A stretch of 64,000 nucleotides of DNA from Bacteroidota bacterium (lineage in GTDB: Bacteria > Bacteroidota > Bacteroidia > Bacteroidales > GCA-2711565): positions 128,554 through 192,553 of the forward strand of contig JAHIVC010000099.1 in the NCBI GenBank assembly GCA_018816945.1, given 5' to 3'. Below, one piece after another: positions 49,023 to 59,100 of this stretch (the first letter of the stretch is position 1; each line of letters starts with the position of its first letter). Under the pieces are notes generated by a model. It was not told the DNA's origin, searched no databases, and saw only the letters and a program-made list of their open reading frames with translations. The position numbers and the translations under genes are program-made.

Positions 49023-49745
49023 TTAAAGAAACAGTACGCTTCCTCCATCGAATAAGGGTCCATCATAAAATTCCACAACTTCATAACCCCAGGCATCTAT
49101 TTGATCTCGTAATTGATCCCCCGCCGGATAATGGTTCACGCTTCCCAGTAAAAATAATTGATTGCCCAATATACCGGCACATCCCCCAATAAAACCATTT
49201 TTAAAACCGGGCAAAATAATTCCGTCAGGATTGGAATAAAAAACTTCAAGACTACGTTTTTTCAACGCCTTTTCTATTCCTTTATCAGAAGTTATAAATC
49301 GATCGTTTTTGAGCGCAATCAAATTACAACGGGTATAGGCTTGTTCAACATGAATTTGATCCAAACCCATCGCCAAATCCTTTACCGCAAAATCGGTATA
49401 TTTTAAATTATGTATTAGAAATTGGGAGGTAGAAACGATATTATAGATGGATGATTCGGGATATTTTTGACCGACAGTTTGTTCACCAAGATGATAGGAG
49501 ATTCCATGTTTTTTCAATTCATCCCTAAACTTTTGAGGAAGGTTAGGAGCCACAATTATGTCATTATTCAGAATGCTAAAAAAAATATCAGGATGGCCTG
49601 AAATGGCATCATAGGTTATTTTATCTGTTTCCAATTCAAGCAAATCTCCAAAATCAGACAGTTTTATTTTTGCTTCCTTCGGTATCTTTTTATCGATGAT
49701 AATCAAGCTCATAATCTCTGTTTGCCAAGTTATTATTAATGCCAA
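49023..49745 (-). CDS. Hypothetical protein, possibly of the guanidino-modifying-enzyme (GME/amidinotransferase) fold (DUF6873-like, tentative)
   Basis: The C-terminal FIGGCAG resembles the catalytic-Cys context of GME-fold enzymes. The likely start is Met12 at nt 49712 (MSLIIIDKK). It overlaps the upstream radical-SAM gene. Confidence 0.45.
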   Translation of the reverse strand: MALIITWQTEIMSLIIIDKKIPKEAKIKLSDFGDLLELETDKITYDAISGHPDIFFSILNNDIIVAPNLPQKFRDELKKHGISYHLGEQTVGQKYPESSIYNIVSTSQFLIHNLKYTDFAVKDLAMGLDQIHVEQAYTRCNLIALKNDRFITSDKGIEKALKKRSLEVFYSNPDGIILPGFKNGFIGGCAGILGNQLFLLGSVNHYPAGDQLRDQIDAWGYEVVEFYDGPLFDGGSVLFL

Positions 49746-50694
49746 ATTTCACACTATTAAATTTTCTCGAAAGCATTTTTTTGTTGCTAGCATAATATCC
49801 TACGGCATAATTCAATTCCTTAGGATTTACCGTAATTGTGATTGAATCTGTTCCGGATTTAATGTCCGACAATTTTTTTCTCCAGATTTCGGTCAGTACC
49901 AATTCCCTAAAAGATGGATGAAACGGACCGGCTACTAAATCTGATCCATCAAGTAATCCTTCGGATGGATGCAACCCGATTCTTAAAACCTTCACTTCCG
50001 ATTGTTCAAATATTTCATAAATATCTGCCGTCCAATCAACCGCTTCTTTCATTGTCAAAGGTTTATAGCTTCCCTGATGGTACATTTCTTCAAGCTTGGT
50101 GTTTTTAATCACGAGCGTTGGATAAATCCGTGTATTTTCAGCACCTGCTTCAATAATTTTCCTGGCAGTTAAAATTGCTTTTTGTTTTGTATCTCCGGGC
50201 AATCCGATCATCATCTGTAATCCTAAATTTATCTCATATTCACGAATTAGCTTTGCCGCATTTAAGGTATCGACAACGGTATGACCTCGTTTTGATTTTC
50301 TTAAAACCTCATCGTCCATTGATTGGGCACCCAGTTCAATTGTTCCTACCCTGTATTGTTTAAGCAATTGAAGCACCTCATGATTGATATAATCGGGTCG
50401 CGTTGAACATCGAATATTTTGGATCACACCCGAATCTAAATAAGCTTGTACCAATTTTAAATATTTCTCTTGTTCGGGTTTTGGGATTCCGGTAAAATTT
50501 CCACCAAAAAATCCGAGTTCAATATGAGCTTGTTTTGGGATTGTATTTAAATGTGCCAAGATGATTTGAATTACTTCATCCTCATTTGGAATACCTGATT
50601 TCCCTGAAATCTTTCGTTGATCGCAATACAAACACTGAAATGGACAAGCCAATTCGGGTATGAAAATTGGTATGGTATAATTTTTATTTGGCAT
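49690..50694 (-). CDS. Radical SAM protein (family not resolved)
   Basis: The N-terminus is IPIFIPELACPFQCLYCDQ (CxxxCxxC). It also has a GGNFT glycine-rich SAM motif and a TIM-barrel-length core. Confidence 0.85.
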   Translation of the reverse strand: MPNKNYTIPIFIPELACPFQCLYCDQRKISGKSGIPNEDEVIQIILAHLNTIPKQAHIELGFFGGNFTGIPKPEQEKYLKLVQAYLDSGVIQNIRCSTRPDYINHEVLQLLKQYRVGTIELGAQSMDDEVLRKSKRGHTVVDTLNAAKLIREYEINLGLQMMIGLPGDTKQKAILTARKIIEAGAENTRIYPTLVIKNTKLEEMYHQGSYKPLTMKEAVDWTADIYEIFEQSEVKVLRIGLHPSEGLLDGSDLVAGPFHPSFRELVLTEIWRKKLSDIKSGTDSITITVNPKELNYAVGYYASNKKMLSRKFNSVKFGINNNLANRDYELDYHR

Positions 50695-50796
50695 ATACCT
50701 TTTAGAAGATAAATTTTATCTATTTTTGATCAGTTTTGTTGGCGTTTTGTTACCTAACAAAATAAGGGTTTTATTCAACATCTAACACTAAATCAC

Positions 50797-51429
50797 ATGA
50801 GAAAACAAACTTTCAACACTGGTATTATTATTTTATCATTGTTTGCGCTTCTTTTCGCAGGAACCAGCTGTAAAAGTAAGCAAAAACTAGCCGCCGAGAA
50901 AGCCGCAATAGCTTATGCTCAAAAAGTAGATCAGGCTAAAAAAGATCTATTGGAAATCATCAATGATGATGGATCAATGACCATAGAACAAAAAGAAAAT
51001 CGACTGAATGTCATTAAAGGGTTGAACCTTGATGATCAGGAAGTTCGGGATCTAATCATTAGAGCCGAAGATGTTTTAGCTAAACTTCGCAAAGAAAAAG
51101 AAACAAAAGTTGTGGTCGAAACGGAAGAGCAGAAACTAGCTTCGCTCAAAAATGCGGTCCTATCAAATTTCAGATCAGTTGCAAGTGCCGGTACACTGAC
51201 AGTAGCAAACAATAATATTTCGAACGCATTAAAATTGTTTGCTTCTGAAGATATTCCTGTTTTAATTATTATCAGTCAGGAAAACGGCATGAAAGACTAT
51301 GACCGTCCTACTACCATTATCAAATATCTTGAATATTTAAAAGATGTGAAGAACTTTGATGTTGGTATAGAAAGTATTGTTTTGGACAACAACAGAAAAA
51401 TAACTGAAATTGAATTAATTAAAAAATAA
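50797..51429 (+). CDS. Hypothetical lipoprotein (coiled-coil N-half; C-half paralogous to 51436 and to the N-domain of 52859)
   Basis: It has the lipobox GTSC. The C-terminal motifs are ALKLFASEDIPVLI and IIKYLEYLKDV. Confidence 0.6.
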   Translation: MRKQTFNTGIIILSLFALLFAGTSCKSKQKLAAEKAAIAYAQKVDQAKKDLLEIINDDGSMTIEQKENRLNVIKGLNLDDQEVRDLIIRAEDVLAKLRKEKETKVVVETEEQKLASLKNAVLSNFRSVASAGTLTVANNNISNALKLFASEDIPVLIIISQENGMKDYDRPTTIIKYLEYLKDVKNFDVGIESIVLDNNRKITEIELIKK

Positions 51430-51435
51430 CGCGCC

Positions 51436-52011
51436 ATGTCAAAATTAAAAATATTATTATTCGCGGTTTTCTGCTTTGCCTTTGCTGCAAACACCTTTTC
51501 GCAGAATGAAATCAGCCCTGAAAGAAAACGTGCCATTGATAGTTTGGCACTAGAAAAAATCAGAGATTTAAGTAAATATATTTCAATAGTAGGGAGCAAA
51601 GAAACCCCATTTTCTGAAGCAAACAGGGTAATTGAAAGAACACTTGAATTATTTGCCGATGATGCACAAATTGGTGTTTCATCATTGTATAAACCTGAAG
51701 TTAAATACTACGGGGTTCGTACATACTTAGAGCATTTGATGGCTTTGAACTATGATAAAATTACCATTAGCTGGTACAACATTCAATACATCAGCGACCT
51801 GGAGTTACAACCTGATGGCAGATATGTTGGTGTAATTACCATTTATCAACGATTTGAAGGCGAATCAAGTGATGGCTTGTCGTACAAAGACACAACCAAA
51901 AAAGACATTACCGTATATGTTCAACGAAAACAAACACAAATAGGCGGGAAATTGATCGGTTTTTGGGATGTAATGTTAGGGGATGTGAGAGTAACCGAAA
52001 CTGTAAAATGA
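51436..52011 (+). CDS. Hypothetical secreted protein (paralogous domain)
   Basis: It has a signal peptide (AANTFSQ) and the motifs TLELFADDAQIGV and VRTYLEHLMAL. It starts 6 nt after the previous stop. Confidence 0.6.
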   Translation: MSKLKILLFAVFCFAFAANTFSQNEISPERKRAIDSLALEKIRDLSKYISIVGSKETPFSEANRVIERTLELFADDAQIGVSSLYKPEVKYYGVRTYLEHLMALNYDKITISWYNIQYISDLELQPDGRYVGVITIYQRFEGESSDGLSYKDTTKKDITVYVQRKQTQIGGKLIGFWDVMLGDVRVTETVK

Positions 52012-52844
52012 AATTAATAACTGTTTGTCTTGTATTTATCCTATTCATCAGCTTGAGCGCTCAATCACAAACAATTGACAAATTTGTTGATGATGAAAGC
52101 ATGTTGTATGCGCATACCAAACAGGTAAATCAGTTTTTTAGGAGATTTAACGGAGAAGAGGATCGCTATGGCGAACGACTCTCCGTTAATGATCCCATTT
52201 TCCAGAATAGCCAATTCAGAAAAGAGTTTATAAATCTTTTATTTGATAATGAAAGTGTCATTATTCCCAAGTCTTTAAAAGATGAATTTATCGGTGATGT
52301 TAGCAATGCCGAACATCCAAATTTTTTAAGCTTTCACGGGGGTAAATGGTTCGCTCAGGTTAAAACGGTATTTATATACAAAGGCACCGAAAAAGAATGT
52401 ACCTTATTTTTGAAGCTTCAAAAGGAAAAAGTGGGCTCAAAATGGGTAATAACGAATGTATTATTTGAACCTTTTACCTCTTACTTTATCAACGCTGATA
52501 GTATCAGTGAATCACAACGGAAGTTTTTGCACCCTTTAAGTCATGAACTCGATTTCATGAATTTAATAAAAGTTTTTAAACAGGATCAAATCATTGAACA
52601 ATTTGCCGAAGAAGGGTATAGTCCTGACTATTTAAGTTTGTTCATTTACGAATTCAGAAAAGGGAGCCTGCAATTCAAAAGCATTAAAGAGGTAAAATTT
52701 CATATATTTCAGATCAATAATTGGTATTTTGAGCTATTAGAATTTAACCGAAAGGGTAATAATTCAGGCTGGTTAATTTCCAATCTTCTTAAAATATCGG
52801 AGGCAGATAAAGAAATATTGAAAAAGTTTATTTACCACAATTAA
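52008..52844 (+). CDS. Hypothetical secreted protein
   Basis: I prefer the ATG at 52008 (MKLITVCLVFILFISLSAQSQ, signal peptide), which forms an ATGA overlap with the upstream stop. The ORF-track start at 51963 would add a non-signal extension. Confidence 0.6.
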   Translation: MKLITVCLVFILFISLSAQSQTIDKFVDDESMLYAHTKQVNQFFRRFNGEEDRYGERLSVNDPIFQNSQFRKEFINLLFDNESVIIPKSLKDEFIGDVSNAEHPNFLSFHGGKWFAQVKTVFIYKGTEKECTLFLKLQKEKVGSKWVITNVLFEPFTSYFINADSISESQRKFLHPLSHELDFMNLIKVFKQDQIIEQFAEEGYSPDYLSLFIYEFRKGSLQFKSIKEVKFHIFQINNWYFELLEFNRKGNNSGWLISNLLKISEADKEILKKFIYHN

Positions 52845-52858
52845 TTTCCAAAATACGA

Positions 52859-55468
52859 ATGATAAAAAAGGCTTTCTTTTTAATTATTTTATTGACAGGC
52901 ATCGATTCGATCGTTAATGCACAAGAGAAAATTTATGCCCAACGCGATATTGAAATTTATCAAAAAGAAGCCACACAACTGGTTAATTATTTTGAATACA
53001 CGCTTAACCTGATTGGGAACCCGAGTACTTTAGCCAAAGAAAAAGACATCATCATTAATCAAAGTTATTTGAAAATTTTCAAAAACGAATTTGTTCAGAT
53101 CGAAGATGATTTAGATGAATACAGAACCGTACCTACCAATAAAAATGTACAAGCCTATTTAAAAGATATTGATTTCTTTTTTACAAATGCCGAAATCATT
53201 TTTACCATTCAGGATGTTGGTTATTTTTTAACTGAGGACAACCAACTTTACTTCAAATTTCAAATTAACCGAAATTTGATTGGTAAGCTGATTAATGGTG
53301 ACTCAATTAATACGAATAAGATTCGGTTTATAGAAATTAATGTAGATGATGCACACAAAGATTTAAAAATTGCCAGTGTTTATACCACCAAACTAAATGA
53401 AGAAGAAGAATTGAGAAATTGGTGGAATTCGATACCCATGAATTGGAAAACAATTTTAGGAGAAGATCATCTCATTAATGACTTTATTTTTTTACATCAA
53501 ATTATTTCGTTTACCGACTCCACCTACGTGTTTAATGCAGATAGTATCAGAAAGTTTAAAATTGATACTTTATTGGTGAGGGGTAAAGATACTTTATCAA
53601 AACCTCGTTTCGACAGTATCCCCATAACCTATCTTAAAACTGTAAAATTTAACCCGGAAACACTTTATAAGCAACTAAGGAACATTGTTTCGTTGAGCGA
53701 AATTAATATTGCAAATAATCAACAAATTGAAAATTTAAATGCCTTGGATAAACTTTCTAATCTGAGACGATTAGATATTTCAAATACAAGGATTAATGAT
53801 CTAAGTCCGATCAGAAACTTGACCAAATTAGAATCTTTAATTTGTGAAGGTACACAAATAGAATCTCTCGTACATCTTAGGTATCTTTCTAACTTAAGGG
53901 TTTTAAATCTAAATAACACCCCGGTTCATGACTTAAAACCGCTTCAAAGTATCGATAAACTTGAACAGTTATACTTAAATTATACGAAAATTGACAGTCT
54001 CGATCCGTTATTCCAATTAAAACATTTGATGGATTTAAGGTTTTCAAATACTGCAATATCTGATCTAAAACCCTTAAATCAAATTGTAACGCTGGAAGTT
54101 TTGCATTTTAATTCTACTGCTGTTAACTCTGTTGAACCCTTAACAAATCTGGATAATTTGCGGATCTTGGTAATGGATAATACTCGTATCGATCAATTGG
54201 ATCCGCTAAAAAACCTTAAAAACCTGAAGCAGATTTTTTGCGACAACGCCATGATTTCTCCTGCTGCCGCTAATCAGTTTATGAAAACCAACCCTCAGGT
54301 TTTGGTTGTTTTCCAATCGGCCGAATTAAAAGCCTGGTGGGAAAGCCTGAATGCAATTTGGAAAGGGATCTTCAGGAAATACCATTATCTGGATGAAAAA
54401 CCAACCAATGCCCAACTTCAGGAATTAATTAAACTTAAAATTATTGATATCAGCAAGCGACCTGAAATACTAAACTTAGGGCCGCTAAAAAAATTCATTT
54501 ATCTTGAACATCTGAATTGTTCGCATACATCAATAAGCGATCTCGATCCCATTTCAGATCTTGTCGATATTAAATATCTTGATTTTTCAAACAGCAATAT
54601 TGTTTCGATCATTCCTTTAATGAACCTTTCGAAACTTGAATCATTATATTTTTATAATACTTCGGTTAATGATTTAACCCCACTCAATAGCCTTAATTTT
54701 TTGCAGCAAATTAATTTTGAACATACTCAGGTAAAGAATTTAACACCTTTGACTGATTTGACGAATTTAAAAATTGTTTATGCTGATTCTTCAAAAGTTG
54801 AGATAGAAGATTATTTAAATTTTAATCCTACGAATGAGGATGTACTTGTGGTTTTTCAAACAAATTATTTAATGAATTGGTGGGAAACATTAGCCAATAG
54901 CTGGAAAGAAGTCTTTACTAAAAAAATAAATTTAACCGAAGGGTTTACAAAGGAAACCTTGCATCAAATTGCCTCGATTAAATCTTTGGATATAAGTAAT
55001 AACATAAGATTAAAAACACTCGAACCCCTTAAAAATCTTCATGTATTAAAGGAACTCATTTTTTCGGGTACGCAAATGTCGGATCTTGGGCCATTGGAAA
55101 ACCTAAGACGATTAACCAGAATTGAATGTGGAAATAATCCAATCAGCAATCTTGGCCCAATCATGAACCTTCCCAAACTTAGTTATCTTGATATCTCAAA
55201 TATTCCAATTCGTGATTTTGAACAGGTGCAATTTATGACCAGCCTCGAAACGCTCATTTGCCCCGGTACCCAAATAAAGAGTCTCAAATATCTTGAATAT
55301 CTTATAAGCCTCAAAATACTTGAGTGCTATAATACAAATATTAAGAATTTAACTGCCATTGAAAACCTGAATTTGGAATTATTAAAATGTTATAATACTG
55401 GCTTAAACCAAAAACGGGTATTGAAATTTAAAGAGAGTCACCCAAATACCGAAGTTGTTTTTTATTAA
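52859..55468 (+). CDS. Secreted leucine-rich-repeat protein: N-terminal paralogous domain plus three LRR modules
   Basis: It has a signal peptide (SIVNAQ) and more than 20 copies of a ~22-aa LxxLxxLxLxxTxIxDLxPL repeat. Three W-rich linkers are present (RNWWNSIPMNWKTIL, KAWWESLNAIWKGIF, MNWWETLANSWKEVF). Confidence 0.85.
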   Translation: MIKKAFFLIILLTGIDSIVNAQEKIYAQRDIEIYQKEATQLVNYFEYTLNLIGNPSTLAKEKDIIINQSYLKIFKNEFVQIEDDLDEYRTVPTNKNVQAYLKDIDFFFTNAEIIFTIQDVGYFLTEDNQLYFKFQINRNLIGKLINGDSINTNKIRFIEINVDDAHKDLKIASVYTTKLNEEEELRNWWNSIPMNWKTILGEDHLINDFIFLHQIISFTDSTYVFNADSIRKFKIDTLLVRGKDTLSKPRFDSIPITYLKTVKFNPETLYKQLRNIVSLSEINIANNQQIENLNALDKLSNLRRLDISNTRINDLSPIRNLTKLESLICEGTQIESLVHLRYLSNLRVLNLNNTPVHDLKPLQSIDKLEQLYLNYTKIDSLDPLFQLKHLMDLRFSNTAISDLKPLNQIVTLEVLHFNSTAVNSVEPLTNLDNLRILVMDNTRIDQLDPLKNLKNLKQIFCDNAMISPAAANQFMKTNPQVLVVFQSAELKAWWESLNAIWKGIFRKYHYLDEKPTNAQLQELIKLKIIDISKRPEILNLGPLKKFIYLEHLNCSHTSISDLDPISDLVDIKYLDFSNSNIVSIIPLMNLSKLESLYFYNTSVNDLTPLNSLNFLQQINFEHTQVKNLTPLTDLTNLKIVYADSSKVEIEDYLNFNPTNEDVLVVFQTNYLMNWWETLANSWKEVFTKKINLTEGFTKETLHQIASIKSLDISNNIRLKTLEPLKNLHVLKELIFSGTQMSDLGPLENLRRLTRIECGNNPISNLGPIMNLPKLSYLDISNIPIRDFEQVQFMTSLETLICPGTQIKSLKYLEYLISLKILECYNTNIKNLTAIENLNLELLKCYNTGLNQKRVLKFKESHPNTEVVFY

Positions 55469-55474
55469 ATCGTA

Positions 55475-55924
55475 ATGGAACAAATTTCCGGCAATATTTT
55501 AATTCGTAATTTCGAATTATCAGATTATGACACTTTGATCGGGTTATGGACCGCAGCAGATCTTCCTTTTAAATCAAAAGGGCGCGACACCAAACAAAAC
55601 ATCCGGAAAGAGCTACAGAGAGGCTGTGCTTCCATCTTAATTGCTGAGCTAAACAATATAGCCATCGGTACTGTTTTTGCAACGCAAGACGGTCGCAAGG
55701 GTTGGATTAACCGATTGGCAGTTATCCCCGAATTCCGCAAACAAGGTATTGGTAAAATGCTGGTTGAAAAGGCTGAATCCATTCTGATCGAAAAAGGAAT
55801 TGGAATCATTGCCTGTTTAATTGAAGATTACAATAAAACCTCATTGGCAACATTCCAAAAACTGGGTTATAATGAGTTTAAAGGAATACACTATTTAACA
55901 AAAAGAATTCACCCCGATATTTAA
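55475..55924 (+). CDS. GNAT-family N-acetyltransferase
   Basis: Motif A is VIPEFRKQGIGKMLVEKAE, with FQKLGY at the C-terminus. It starts 6 nt after the LRR gene. Confidence 0.82.
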   Translation: MEQISGNILIRNFELSDYDTLIGLWTAADLPFKSKGRDTKQNIRKELQRGCASILIAELNNIAIGTVFATQDGRKGWINRLAVIPEFRKQGIGKMLVEKAESILIEKGIGIIACLIEDYNKTSLATFQKLGYNEFKGIHYLTKRIHPDI

Positions 55925-55931
55925 ATGGATA

Positions 55932-55971
55932 AGGATGGCTTCCCGACTTTTTCGGGACGCCATCCTTTTTT
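55932..55971 (+). terminator. Rho-independent terminator built from the GGATGGCnTCCCGA repeat word
   Basis: The hairpin is aggatggcttcccga-ctttt-tcgggacgccatcct (15-bp stem, 1 mismatch) followed by tttttt, 8 nt after the GNAT stop. Confidence 0.78.
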
Positions 55972-55994
55972 GGGATTGGTATCTTAGGCTTTTC

Positions 55995-56026
55995 GGGATG
56001 GAGTCCTCATTCGAGGAAGCCATCCC
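55995..56026. repeat. Second hairpin of the GGGATGG family
   Basis: The hairpin is gggatggagtcctc-attc-gaggaagccatccc, with 12 of 14 positions paired. Confidence 0.7.
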
Positions 56027-56035
56027 ACCTCGACG

Positions 56036-56059
56036 AAAAGAATTCACCACGATATTTAA
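56036..56059. repeat. 24-bp duplicate of the GNAT gene 3' end (partner 55901-55924)
   Basis: The copy aaaagaattcaccacgatatttaa differs at one position from aaaagaattcaccccgatatttaa, which contains the true stop codon. Confidence 0.85.
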
Positions 56060-56106
56060 TAATCCAGGGGTGACACCCCAAATTTTCGGGACGCCATCCC
56101 AATAAT

Positions 56107-59100
56107 TTACTCGATAATTACCCTTATTCCTTCCGAATGACTTGAAAATTCAGGAGCATATAAACATTGAATGGTGCTGATCCCATTTGAAAAAGTTCCT
56201 TTTTGGGTAACATACATTTCGTTCTCGATAATATAAGATCCGGCCTTCAGTAAATCAAAAAAATAATTGGTTGCCAAATCACTTATTTTTTTATAATAGC
56301 CCACGCCATCTTCAAATTTATATCCAGATAAAACCTGAACGGGCTCGAATGCAAGTGCGCGCATATCATTGATGTGAACAAATTCCATATCACGGTCAAG
56401 CTCAATTATCATTCTGGAAACAATTTTATCTCCAATTTTTATTTTACGATCAGCAATCGGAATCAAAATATTTCCGCTCTTGGTTGTTTCTTTTAAAAAT
56501 AATTTCTTTTCAATATTTAAAATCCCTTTTGATGAGTAAATCTGATCAAGCTGGTCGAAATACTGCCAATGCATAGCACCCCACGCCATTTGAGTATTTA
56601 AATTTTTCAGATGAACATTGCCCATATTTGCTTTTATTTCATTGCCCTGCCAAGCGCGAACCGAAAAACCTGTTCCGGCTTCCACGTTTTGTGGCTCAAT
56701 ATTTTTATTGGCAAATTTTACCTGAACCGGGATTTGACTTGAAAGCAAATTGGCACTTCCGGTAAGCAATGCATTTACCGCATCGACTGAGGCCCTTGGG
56801 TTGCTCCACATCCGCGTTTGCTTTTGTTTGAGCAACCATTTTTTTAATCCGGCAACAAATGTCTTGTTATTTCCTATTTCCGAAAAAACCTCTATCAAAA
56901 AAGCCTGGGTTTCAACAGGTGCCTGATACCAATAAAATCCATCCATATCCGGCCAATAAATTCCCAATTCCTCATTCTGAACGGCTCTTTCTTTCAAAGA
57001 TGCAAGAATGAGTTCGGCGGTTTCAGTATCGCCATATCTGAATAAAGTAAGTGCAATCATGCCTTGCATATATTCCGATCGCTCCATCCAAAATTTTTGT
57101 TCTTCGGTAAAGTAATAAGCAATCGCACTTTTAAATTTCGCATCCTCCTCCGTAAAATCACTTAAATAACTAAGCAAAAATAAATGCTGAATTTGAATAT
57201 TACTTAAATGGATATTTGCAAACCGAAGCTTGTTATTATTTTTTAAATATTGATAGTCGTCAACCAATTGCCTGTTCAAATATTGAATTGCATCCTTCAT
57301 TGGTTGTTCAATTTCTGTAAGTGTATTTTTATCAAAAACCTTTCTGGCACGAAGCCGAACCAAACCAGATACAATTTGTTGGGTAATGTACCTGCTTCCA
57401 TACATTCCTTTAAACCACGACCATGATCCGTCGGCAAGTTGATTTTTTAACAACTCCGATAAATTATCTCTTAATTGCTGGCTAATCTGATTATCGTCAA
57501 AAAATAAACCTAATTTTTTTCTTTGTTCCGATTCATTTCTAGCATCCATTAACCATGGGGTTTCCTCCAATAAAACCGATTTTAATTCCGGATTTTTTTC
57601 AAGCTGAGAATTTAAAGCACTTGAATTTCCTGCTTTCCAGGCTTTAAATACCGGCCTGATTTGTGGCTGCGATTTTAACAGATGAGCGGCCATGGTATTC
57701 GCGTAAAAACGATTATACAAGGAAATCGCATCTTCACTGTTACCCTCGGCAATGTAAGGTAAAGCCAAAACTGCATACCAGGCAGGATTGGTCGTCATTT
57801 CAAATTTTAATTGATGATGAACCAAAGCCTTGTTATCGGCCGATGCAACAAGATTTTCAAAAACAATTTTCTTTTCTTCTTTCGGATTTAAATGGATGGG
57901 CAAACTTTCAGTGACCAAAATCTTATCCGACAGAATGGGAATGATTCTTTCCTCTCCATCACTGAAATTTTCGGAAGTAGCAGTAAGTCGATAAACTACC
58001 GCATTGATGCCATTTGGAATTACTAATTTCCACTGCTTATCAAGCGACGAATTTGCATTTATTTTAAAACTCTTCTCAACTTCATCGGTAATGATGCCAA
58101 TGACGGGCTTCATATTGCTTGCATCAAAAAACTTCAGGCTGGCTTTGCCTTGAATCACTTTTTCGGACAAATTGATAATTTGGGAACTGAAATAAAGGGT
58201 ATCACCCGAACGTAAAAAACGCGGCAGATTGGGTTTAATCATCAGTTTTTTCTGTGTGATGATGTTTTGTTCCAATGCAGCAATCCGCAAATTTTTTGTA
58301 TGGCCAATGACCATGAATTTCCAGCGGGTAAGCGATTCCGGGCTCGTAAATTTAATGATGGCATTGCCGGCTTCATCTGTTTTTAAACTTGGGTAAAAGA
58401 AGGCTGTTTCACTGAAATTTGTTCTGATTTTTATTTCTTCCTCAGGGATATTTTCAACTACTGAAAAAACCTGGGCATCCGTCTCTTGTTCCGTCATTAC
58501 ACCAGCAGTTTTACCTGCCATCGATTTAAGAATACGATTTCCAGAATAGGAGTTATTTATAAAATCCCATTTAAGCTGGGGTGTAGATTCACTCCATTGT
58601 GAAAAATATCCGGGTCGATAGAAATTATATTGATTTCGCCCACCATAAATATCAAATCCAAAAGAAGTATTCCAGGTGATTTGATTATATGAATAATTGG
58701 GCAGGGTAAATTGCCATTGATGCAATTTAATTTTATCCAATGAGGCATCCATCATGCTTACCAATAATTCGGTGATGGGTTTTTCTTTTCCGATGATTTT
58801 AATCTTCCATTCTTCCTTTGATCCGGGCAGAATAATGGGCCGGAAAGTTTCCAATTTTAGCTTAAGTTCTTTTACCGGATCAACAATTGTAACATGCTCA
58901 TTGTGTTCATAAATTTCATTATCACTCACGAATATGAGGTTAATGTTAAAATCTTTTCCGTTCATTTTTGTAAGTGGAATTCTAATTCTTTTTTGTGCTT
59001 TGTCTAGTTGCAACCATTGGCTCTGTATGACTTTATTATCTTGCTGTAATTCGTATAAGACGGATAAGTTTTTCATTGCTGAACCAATCACAAAACCCAA

